A stretch of DNA of 64,000 nt from a virus. Position 1 is the stretch's first letter. Each line of letters begins with the position of its first letter. The translations under genes and the position numbers were made by a program. Positions 57,127 to 64,000 of this stretch are shown here, one piece after another. Below the pieces are notes generated by a model. It was not told where the DNA came from, searched no databases, and saw only the letters and a list, made by a program, of their open reading frames with translations. The stretch lies in the IMG/VR virus record IMGVR_UViG_3300042934_000125, positions 2,886 to 66,885 of that record. One strand, written 5' to 3'.

Positions 57127-58119
57127 TCATGATATGGTTAGAGCGTTAAACTGCTCGATGGTTAACTCGTTGATATCCTTAGCTGTACCGTAGCCATCGG
57201 TGTTCCATATTCTGTAGCCTAATGGAATCAACTTGTTCTTCATGTGCCTCAAACCTTTCCGACCTGCTTGATCCCTGTCCAATCCGTCAAGCAGTTTTCG
57301 GAATGGCGTACTGTTCATTTCTTTGATTTGATCGTCCGATAGTTGACTACCCATTTGAGCAATCCCTATCCCGCCATAACTGCATACTGTCAGAGCATCT
57401 ATCTCTGATTCACAAACCCAGATTGTCTGTTCGCCTCTTGGGTCTTTTTGCATTGCTTGATATAGCCCATAGACCAATCCTGCTTTGTTTGCCCCGCGTG
57501 TATTGCTGAATGTCTTACCCTCAATGCTTCTTTCCTTCAACATCCTAACTTGACCACGGATATCCGCTACAGGTATCACAATGGAGTCCGTATCGGGGTT
57601 ATATCCAAGCCCGTAGATCGTCCACACTGACGATGTGATCTTACGTTTTCTCAAGTACTCTTGCGCTCTATCGCTAAGCATCAACTCCCATTGATAATGT
57701 GTGACCATTACGTTCTCGGGTACGGTCGGCTCTGGTTGTCGGTAGTCCCTATCAAAGTCGAATGAGACTGACCTTTCGTCCCCCGAACCGTAGGTATACT
57801 TTCCAACCAACCATCTAAAACCATCCATTGGTGTCCCAAGTCCGTACATATCAGCTACAAACTTAGGGAGGTCGGCTCTGTACCCACATGAATAACAGTG
57901 AACCGTCCCTGCTTCGTAGGTTCTTGAAGGTCGTTTTACTACACCTTTACTTACTCCGCATGATGGTGTTCCTTCAGTCCCGTTCCCGTGAAATGGGCAC
58001 GTGATCATGAAGTCAGAACCTACGTCATTCATGTGTTTCAGGAGTCCTGTAGCTATCCGCATTTCTCGCAAAATTGTTTCGACAGTTACGACAACTGGGG
58101 TATTCCAAATGATTAACAT
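57127..58119 (-). CDS. dnaG: DNA primase (CHC2 zinc finger plus TOPRIM)
   Basis: CPFH...HCYSCG, YL..R.I, VCESEIDAL, D.D.AG, KDINE; GAGGAG RBS supports ATG at 58119. Confidence 0.9.
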   Translation of the reverse strand: MLIIWNTPVVVTVETILREMRIATGLLKHMNDVGSDFMITCPFHGNGTEGTPSCGVSKGVVKRPSRTYEAGTVHCYSCGYRADLPKFVADMYGLGTPMDGFRWLVGKYTYGSGDERSVSFDFDRDYRQPEPTVPENVMVTHYQWELMLSDRAQEYLRKRKITSSVWTIYGLGYNPDTDSIVIPVADIRGQVRMLKERSIEGKTFSNTRGANKAGLVYGLYQAMQKDPRGEQTIWVCESEIDALTVCSYGGIGIAQMGSQLSDDQIKEMNSTPFRKLLDGLDRDQAGRKGLRHMKNKLIPLGYRIWNTDGYGTAKDINELTIEQFNALTIS

Positions 58120-58432
58120 TCGACACTCTCCTCGTATTTGACCAGTGTTCGGTCTGTTCGTATTTTTGTTGGGTATTTCTTCCAGTAGGCAGAGCGAATC
58201 CGTCAATTTTCGACACAGTTCTACACGTTTGGAGCAAAAAATAGCAGAGTTTTGCCGCAAAACCGTAAAAAGCTGTAAAAAATTTACAAGTACTATTTAC
58301 TTGTCTTTAACCTCTTGTTCGTATTTTTTTCTAAGTCGTATTGCTTACTATACACCTTGTACACCAATTAGTAAATAGCTTTTTCGACAATTAAAATTAC
58401 CAATTTATGACGTAATAAAAAGTTGTGTCGAA
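58078..58432. promoter_or_regulatory. Cluster of five Spo0A boxes plus a sigmaA promoter
   Basis: TGTCGAA at 58078, 58119, 58209, 58383 (minus) and 58426 (plus); TTTACT-N17-TATAGT at 58375-58347. Confidence 0.65.
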
Positions 58433-58460
58433 TGATTCCAACACAACTCTAAATGGTACT

Positions 58461-59081
58461 TTACCTCACATATGTTTTCTTCAGTTTTACCTTCTGCCAT
58501 GTAAGACCTTCCCTTACATGACTCCTGCAAAGTGTTTCGTAGTTGTCGCCTTTTTGCACCTGCGAACCCTCCAAAATTAACTCACCGTCAAGAGCATTTA
58601 CTCTTACGTTGTGAATGGCTTTCTTGCCACACCAACATAAAGACTTTGTTTCAATCTCGGAGCATTCGTCAGATACTTCGAACAACCTCTTTACTCCGTC
58701 AAATAGTTGTCCTTTAAAATCTACCTTTATACCGAACGCATGGACGTTTATTCCGTATTCATCAACGATTTCAGCCAATTCATCCACCTGCTTAGGAGTA
58801 AGGAATTGTGCTTCATCAACGATAATGTAATCCACCCATGCGGAGCCGCTTACGTATCCTTGCACATACAAATAGAAGTCGAATGATTCATCCGATTCAA
58901 TAGCAGGTTGAGACAACCCGATACGACTTGTAATTTGCTCCTTACCTGAGTGATCCCCTGCCGTGAACAGAAGACCGAACTGTCCGACATTCTTATAGGC
59001 GTGATTAATCTGAAGAGCATGTACTGATTTCCCAGACCTCATTGTTCCGTACTTGAATTTCAATTTTGCCATATTTTTCAC
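58461..59081 (-). CDS. tdk: Thymidine kinase
   Basis: YGTM.SGKS, I.SRIG, VDEAQFL, DF.GQLF.G, C.CG, LCR.H. Confidence 0.93.
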   Translation of the reverse strand: MKNMAKLKFKYGTMRSGKSVHALQINHAYKNVGQFGLLFTAGDHSGKEQITSRIGLSQPAIESDESFDFYLYVQGYVSGSAWVDYIIVDEAQFLTPKQVDELAEIVDEYGINVHAFGIKVDFKGQLFDGVKRLFEVSDECSEIETKSLCWCGKKAIHNVRVNALDGELILEGSQVQKGDNYETLCRSHVREGLTWQKVKLKKTYVR

Positions 59082-59093
59082 CTCGAATAAATC

Positions 59094-59121
59094 TAATCGT
59101 TCTCGTTAAAATTCTTAAACC
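59094..59121 (-). promoter_or_regulatory. Phage-type (middle) promoter
   Basis: GGTTTA-N17-GATTAGATTT. Confidence 0.72.
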
Positions 59122-59146
59122 TCAGACAAAAATAAAAAGCAGGTTG

Positions 59147-59638
59147 TCATCCCTGCTTGTAAGCAACAGCATCTTTTAACTCCGTGAAGTACTTCTCTTT
59201 TCCATCTTTGATTACTCTGTACTTATCCCCTCTCGGATATATACCTTTAATTCCGAGTCTGTTGTTCTTTTGCGCCCTTGAATGTAGCCCATTAACAGAC
59301 CTCGTTACGATACGTAGATTGTCTTTCGTGTTGTTCAGACCATTAAAATCGAAGTGATCTACTACGTTTTCCCAGTCAGGTTTCCCCATAATAACGTGAT
59401 GAATAGACATATCTGATCTCTGTCCGTCATCCTTATAGTACTTTATCACGCAATATAGAGTCCTGTTCTTCGTTGATCTCTTAGCAAACCAAGTTCCTTT
59501 GTAATCAGATACTTTTATGAAGTCTTCGCAATCAAAAAGGCAAGTCATAACCTGCCCCTTATAATTAACATCCATGTGGACTTTATCTCCAACAATCGTA
59601 TAATTATTCTCAAAATCCGTACGCCGATGGTTCGCCAT
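59147..59638 (-). CDS. Free-standing HNH homing endonuclease
   Basis: H..IM...VDH...NGLNN.K.NLR.VT...N, G.KG.Y; overlaps the end of the helicase gene. Confidence 0.85.
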   Translation of the reverse strand: MANHRRTDFENNYTIVGDKVHMDVNYKGQVMTCLFDCEDFIKVSDYKGTWFAKRSTKNRTLYCVIKYYKDDGQRSDMSIHHVIMGKPDWENVVDHFDFNGLNNTKDNLRIVTRSVNGLHSRAQKNNRLGIKGIYPRGDKYRVIKDGKEKYFTELKDAVAYKQG

Positions 59639-60881
59639 TTGATCCCTCCAATAAAGGCTTTAGTAAGCCCATGTCGATGTCCCACATCATCAGTACGTCC
59701 TTATTGTTCAGACCGTACCTGTTCTTTTTGATCGCCAATTTCAGCACGTTATCTACCATGCTCATAGATATTACCCTCGTAGCGTTCTGCGCGATACCGT
59801 CACTCTCCCCGATTTCATGCAGTTCAGGAGCATCTGGTTCAGCCTTGTTCTTCACGCTATCACGGTTAGCCTGTGTGACCGCCAGAACGGGCTTCTGAAG
59901 TTCCTCGGACATCAGGTACAAGTCCTCAGAGATATTAGTGTACTGGATACGCTTGTTCTCGCCTTTGCGTTGATCTCGCATCAGAGTGATTTGATCTACG
60001 CCTAACAGATCAGCATCATAGTACATATAGAGGTTTTTGAGTTCGTCCACCGTTGGTTTGTTGCCTCCGAAGTCCTTTGGTGTTACGACGATGAATCCTT
60101 CTTTACTGCTTAACTCTGTCACGTAGTTCTCGTAATCAGCCATCGAACGATCCCCGACATTGGAGTTTCCTCCCAGATCAGTGTTCCCGTTCATCAAGCC
60201 TCTATTTGAATAGTGCTTGTACAGAGTATCTACACGGAATCCAACGATGTGTTTCCCCATCTCACCCGAGTACATCAGTACTTTAAATCCTGCCGCCCAT
60301 GCCATTGTGAGGAAGTACAATAAAATCCATGACTTACCTACGTTAGTACGGGCAAAGATAACCACTAAATCCTCCTTCAGCCAACCGTGGAGAAGTTCAT
60401 CCATAAGCTGAATACCTGTCGTTACACCCAACAATCCATCAGCATCTACCCGCGTCTTGTACTCGTTAAACCGCTCTTGAGCGTTCGCCATGATATCATA
60501 CCCGCGACCTACCCGAAGGCTGTTCTGTTTGATTAGAACATCGACCTGTTCTTTCAGGAATTGTACGGCTTTAAAGCTATCCTCTCTGATTAACTCCTCG
60601 ACCTTCTTCAGCACGGGTACGGACTCTTTGTACAAGTATGCTTCCTTTAGCTTATATGCAAGGTAATCATTGCTCTCGGTTACGTCTACGACTTGAAAGT
60701 CGGGGAATGCACCTATAAAGGTCGTAATGTCTGGGACAACTGCGTACTGCTGAAAGTGCTCGTTGATAAACGTGATCTTGTTGCTCGCTGTAAGGAAATG
60801 CTCTGCTTTTAGCCCGTTCTCTTTCAAGGCTTTAAGGCTCTTTTCCTTCAGTATTTTATTTAAGATTAAATCCTCAATCAT
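59610..60881 (-). CDS. dnaB: DnaB-like replicative helicase
   Basis: ARTNVGKS, YSGEM, VDQI.LM, QANR, ESD.I.Q.A, KNRYG. Confidence 0.93.
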   Translation of the reverse strand: MIEDLILNKILKEKSLKALKENGLKAEHFLTASNKITFINEHFQQYAVVPDITTFIGAFPDFQVVDVTESNDYLAYKLKEAYLYKESVPVLKKVEELIREDSFKAVQFLKEQVDVLIKQNSLRVGRGYDIMANAQERFNEYKTRVDADGLLGVTTGIQLMDELLHGWLKEDLVVIFARTNVGKSWILLYFLTMAWAAGFKVLMYSGEMGKHIVGFRVDTLYKHYSNRGLMNGNTDLGGNSNVGDRSMADYENYVTELSSKEGFIVVTPKDFGGNKPTVDELKNLYMYYDADLLGVDQITLMRDQRKGENKRIQYTNISEDLYLMSEELQKPVLAVTQANRDSVKNKAEPDAPELHEIGESDGIAQNATRVISMSMVDNVLKLAIKKNRYGLNNKDVLMMWDIDMGLLKPLLEGSNGEPSAYGF

Positions 60882-61546
60882 CGCTTATCCCCGCCCTTCA
60901 GTTCCATTACTTCCGTATGTCCTTTGATCCTTGACCATATTCGACTACCCAGAATTTCCTTTTGATGATTAAGAGGTATATTGCTTGTGTAGATTGTGGT
61001 TAACTCCTCGTTGTCACGATAGTTAATGATCTCGTACAGCCTTTCCTTAACCCACTCTGAGGGCTTCTCTGCCCCGATATCGTCAAAGATAGCTAACTTG
61101 GCACTAAGTAGCCGCTGTTTCATCAGCGTTACCTCCTGCACTAATGACTCATCACTGTAGGACTGCCGTAGTTTCTCGAAGAATGTAGGTACATTGATAT
61201 ACATTACAATGTCCTCAAACTCCCCTGTAAAGATGGTTTTACGGATGAAGTAGTTTGCTATCTTCGTCGCCCATGTTGTCTTCCCGTTGCCAGTTGTCCC
61301 AGACCATATGTATAGTCCTTCACCCATAGCCACCTTACCTACTACATCCATTTGGTAGTTACGCAACTCGACGAACGTATTGTAGTCTACGTGCGCCTTA
61401 TCTATGTCCAATTTCTTATCGAACTGATATTTCTTCGGGATGTTGCTTTGGCTGTAAATTGCCTTCATCAAAACATACGGATCACAAAACTGATTGCATG
61501 TTTCTGATTCGTACCGCTTGCAGTACCCAGATGCCCAACAATTGAT
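60878..61546 (-). CDS. DnaC/IstB-like helicase loader ATPase; start extended to ATC
   Basis: GTTGNGKT, FDDIGAEK, IINYR, TSN, RIWSRI; in-frame four-Cys N-terminus upstream of the track start at 61471. Confidence 0.88.
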   Translation of the reverse strand: MNCWASGYCKRYESETCNQFCDPYVLMKAIYSQSNIPKKYQFDKKLDIDKAHVDYNTFVELRNYQMDVVGKVAMGEGLYIWSGTTGNGKTTWATKIANYFIRKTIFTGEFEDIVMYINVPTFFEKLRQSYSDESLVQEVTLMKQRLLSAKLAIFDDIGAEKPSEWVKERLYEIINYRDNEELTTIYTSNIPLNHQKEILGSRIWSRIKGHTEVMELKGGDKR

Positions 61547-61559
61547 AAGTCATTCCTCC

Positions 61560-62366
61560 TTAGAACGATTCGACCTGTCCAGATGTTTCTTCTTGCTGTG
61601 TTTGTTCTACAGTAAAAGCTAATCTCACAACCCTGTGTAAAATGAACTCCGTTTTTAAATATTGTATTTTTGGGTACGGGAAGCGGTCATTTTTGAAGTA
61701 CTGATCAAAGACCTGTACATATGTTTTGATGAATAGGAGGGCTTGCTCTACGGTCGTAGCATCGTTACAGAATAGCTTCTTCATGATCGCCCCGTCCCTG
61801 CCCCACTCGATTGATGGAATCAGGTTCTTCTGTTCAAGCATCTCACGCTCAAAAGCAATCACGAAGTCACGAGCATTCAACTCTATACCTTGATCGATTT
61901 TCTCCTGTAGAGCATCAATGCGTCCTTGAATCGTAGATGTTGCCGTAGATTTCTTTTTAGGCTTCGTTGTTACAGTTCGTCCCATGGCTTCATAATGAGT
62001 CCGTATCTCGTCAATGAGTACGTCAAAGTCCGCTTTCGTGTCGATGTACTGAGCGTCTTCAGGAACGGGCTGAGCGTGTGGAATCTTCAGGTTTGACACC
62101 CATTCAATAGGGATAAGCACATATGTATTTGTCCCTTTCATATGCTCTCTGTATATTCGTACCAGACCTAATTCACGTAGGGTTCTTGTTGCTCGTTTCA
62201 CTGTTGCTACGTGGACACCCAATTTATCCGCGAGAGTGTCTAACTTCGGGTAAGCGAATACATCATTGAACGCGAAGTCCATCAGCTTCAGGTAAATGAT
62301 CTTCTCTCCATCATTCAGCTTATCCGTTTCAAGTATTGCTCTTGGTGCTAATGTGAAGTCTCTCAC
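61560..62366 (-). CDS. Replication initiator (N-terminal HTH)
   Basis: L..GEK.IY..L.......AYP..DTLA..LG....TVKR....L...GLV...N.Y; upstream of loader and helicase. Confidence 0.8.
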   Translation of the reverse strand: MRDFTLAPRAILETDKLNDGEKIIYLKLMDFAFNDVFAYPKLDTLADKLGVHVATVKRATRTLRELGLVRIYREHMKGTNTYVLIPIEWVSNLKIPHAQPVPEDAQYIDTKADFDVLIDEIRTHYEAMGRTVTTKPKKKSTATSTIQGRIDALQEKIDQGIELNARDFVIAFEREMLEQKNLIPSIEWGRDGAIMKKLFCNDATTVEQALLFIKTYVQVFDQYFKNDRFPYPKIQYLKTEFILHRVVRLAFTVEQTQQEETSGQVESF

Positions 62367-62506
62367 TCAGACTCACTCTCCCACTTCTTATAGATATCAT
62401 CGAGGTCTTTCTTAAGGGATGAAATTACGTCTTTGACTACCTGCTTATCACTCTTTGACCTCATTAATTCGATTAACAGATGTATTTTGTTCACTATAAC
62501 GAACAT
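62363..62506 (-). CDS. Small hypothetical protein (47 aa)
   Basis: GAGGAGG RBS; stop overlaps the initiator GTG; manual translation. Confidence 0.5.
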   Translation of the reverse strand: MFVIVNKIHLLIELMRSKSDKQVVKDVISSLKKDLDDIYKKWESESE

Positions 62507-62562
62507 GGACTATTCCTCCTCATAAATAAAGGGAAGCCAATTTTTCAGGCTCCCCTTCTTAA

Positions 62563-62760
62563 TTAGCTTCTTAGCTGACTGATTTGCGTTTCGATTTGAC
62601 CTTCTACATCGTTCCACATCTTATTCCAGATAGCCTTACGGCTTGCTTCTGTATCGGTCACATCGATCTCTACAACTTCACGCGCATTCAGCTTGTACCA
62701 CGTTTTGTTTACCTCTACCGATACGCCCAATGATACCTCTACCTCTTTTAACTTTGCCAT
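62563..62760 (-). CDS. Hypothetical protein
   Basis: ORF track; followed by a terminator. Confidence 0.6.
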   Translation of the reverse strand: MAKLKEVEVSLGVSVEVNKTWYKLNAREVVEIDVTDTEASRKAIWNKMWNDVEGQIETQISQLRS

Positions 62761-62761
62761 G

Positions 62762-63085
62762 TTATTTATTCACTCCTTCAATTTTAATGTTAAGTTCTGA
62801 GAGTACGTTCTCGATTATGCCCAAGGTGTATATATGACCTTGTTTTACTTCTTCATCCCATAGTGCCTTGACTTTCTCTTCAGGTGTCTTCTCTTTTTCA
62901 TATCCGAAGAACAATACTTGAATGAACTTCTCCAGTCCCATTTCCCTAAGCGGCTTATATGAAGATGTCCACAATTGATTCGTTTGAACATAATGCTTTA
63001 CTGCTTCCTCTTTACTTCCACGAACTGCGAGATATTTATTTAGAGATACTACCTCTTCATTAGTCAAAACTGGTTTTGTAGTCAT
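62762..63085 (-). CDS. Hypothetical protein (paralog of 63085..63417)
   Basis: Shared W...Y.PL.E.G..KF.Q.L..G.E.E.TP...V..L...LNIKIEGVN. Confidence 0.7.
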   Translation of the reverse strand: MTTKPVLTNEEVVSLNKYLAVRGSKEEAVKHYVQTNQLWTSSYKPLREMGLEKFIQVLFFGYEKEKTPEEKVKALWDEEVKQGHIYTLGIIENVLSELNIKIEGVNK

Positions 63086-63417
63086 TATGCGTTAACTCCT
63101 TCGATTTTTATATTTAGTATTGCAAGTACTGATCTAATTGCGCTTGCAGATGAAATTTGATGATTTACTGACTTCGCGTTTTCAGTCTCGAACAAGTTCC
63201 TTACTCTGTCATACGGAGTTTCCTCTATCTCGAATCCGTTGTACAGGGCTTGAACGAACTTATCGAAACCCAGTTCAGCTAATGGCAGGTAGCCGCCTTT
63301 CCAAGCATCTCGATACTTCAAGTAATATTCAATGCAAGCCTGTTTGTCTTGTGCTTTATTGTTAAGCATGGTTCTGATTGCCGCCGCTTCTTTCTTCTTC
63401 AACATGATTTTTTCCAT
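63085..63417 (-). CDS. Hypothetical protein (paralog of 62762..63085)
   Basis: Same shared motif. Confidence 0.7.
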   Translation of the reverse strand: MEKIMLKKKEAAAIRTMLNNKAQDKQACIEYYLKYRDAWKGGYLPLAELGFDKFVQALYNGFEIEETPYDRVRNLFETENAKSVNHQISSASAIRSVLAILNIKIEGVNA

Positions 63418-63418
63418 A

Positions 63419-63718
63419 TTATTTGACCTCGATTTCTACGATGAATGTATCGTCAAGGATGAATACTACTCGTCCTGTTTGGCTTCCCCAAGGGTCTAAT
63501 TTCTCTAAGATATTTCCTGCCGAACTGCATCCCTTTACTCTTGTTTTCAAGCTATTAGATACATACCCGATTACGCCTAACTTACTCATCTCTACAGACA
63601 CCGCTTCTGAATCGAACTTGTTTTCTTTGTCGGCTCTTAGCGTTACCGAATCTCCCAGTGAGACTACGTTGATTCCGTGGTAATGATTTACGCCAACTAC
63701 GTTTACATATTTTTTCAT
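63419..63718 (-). CDS. Stand-alone HIRAN-domain protein
   Basis: VVG.NHY, V.L..DKEN.FD.EAV.V, IGYV; GGAGG RBS favours ATG at 63718. Confidence 0.8.
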   Translation of the reverse strand: MKKYVNVVGVNHYHGINVVSLGDSVTLRADKENKFDSEAVSVEMSKLGVIGYVSNSLKTRVKGCSSAGNILEKLDPWGSQTGRVVFILDDTFIVEIEVK

Positions 63719-63766
63719 GGTAGTTTGTCCTCCGATTTTTCGTTTTTTGTCGCTCACGATAGAACA

Positions 63767-63794
63767 TAATCGTGTCTAAACTCAGGACTAAACC
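63767..63794 (-). promoter_or_regulatory. Phage-type (middle) promoter
   Basis: GGTTTA-N17-GATTATGTTC. Confidence 0.72.
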
Positions 63795-64000
63795 ATTTTG
63801 GACAAAAAAAAAACGATAGGCTATTTGCCTACCGCTTTCTATGTTATACATATTATTCATTTTGATACTTTCTCGAAAAATCCCGACTTCTTTTTATGTG
63901 TATCGCACGCAAGTACAAGTTTTGGAACAAGTGCCTCTCCCTCAACTTCTTTCGCAAAAACGTGACCTTCTGTAGTAGCGTCTTTATTGCAATTCCTATA

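Noticed and set aside
58120-58260. N-terminal extension of primase in the ORF track
   Set aside because: No RBS at the TTG; a strong RBS precedes ATG 58119, so the region reads as a regulatory leader
41062-60881. Introns or inteins in nrdE, recA, polA or dnaB
   Set aside because: All are continuous and of normal length; the HNH gene is free-standing
824-63683. Numerous plus-strand and nested ORFs in the six-frame track
   Set aside because: They are antisense shadows of well-supported minus-strand genes with no RBS or motif; only 25251..25445 has a promoter, RBS and terminator

Overview
This 64 kb window is an internal segment of a tailed phage genome with a contractile (PBSX/XkdK-XkdU-type) tail, most likely infecting a spore-forming Bacillota host (Paenibacillus/Brevibacillus/Bacillus-like; inferred from sigmaA promoters, AGGAGG ribosome-binding sites, class Ib RNR, RecU and Spo0A boxes). 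Nearly all genes are on the minus strand. In transcription order (right to left) it holds replication and recombination genes (initiator, DnaC-like loader, DnaB, primase, sigma factor, SSB, PolA, Cas4-like nuclease, RecU, RecA), nucleotide metabolism (Tdk, ThyX, NrdIEF/NrdH, dUTPase), a ParB/PAPS-reductase/methyltransferase/HNH/ParB (IbrAB-like) cluster, split packaging genes with inserted accessory cassettes (amidoligase, PhoH), head, tail, holin and amidase endolysin. The strongest signals are non-coding: (i) three promoter classes (sigmaA promoters sharing a TATAGGTT spacer box, ten GGTTYA-N17-GATTA sites, three putative late promoters); (ii) two tandem ORF-less promoter-terminator units (candidate sRNAs) complementary to the leaders and RBSs of the early cassettes; (iii) three dispersed copies, about 21-23 kb apart, of a GC box plus AT-rich palindrome; (iv) five perfect Spo0A boxes around the primase/sigma promoter; (v) a -1 frameshift in the tail chaperone and two probable ATC/ATT start codons. 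Product calls come from motif recognition and synteny only; no database searches were run.
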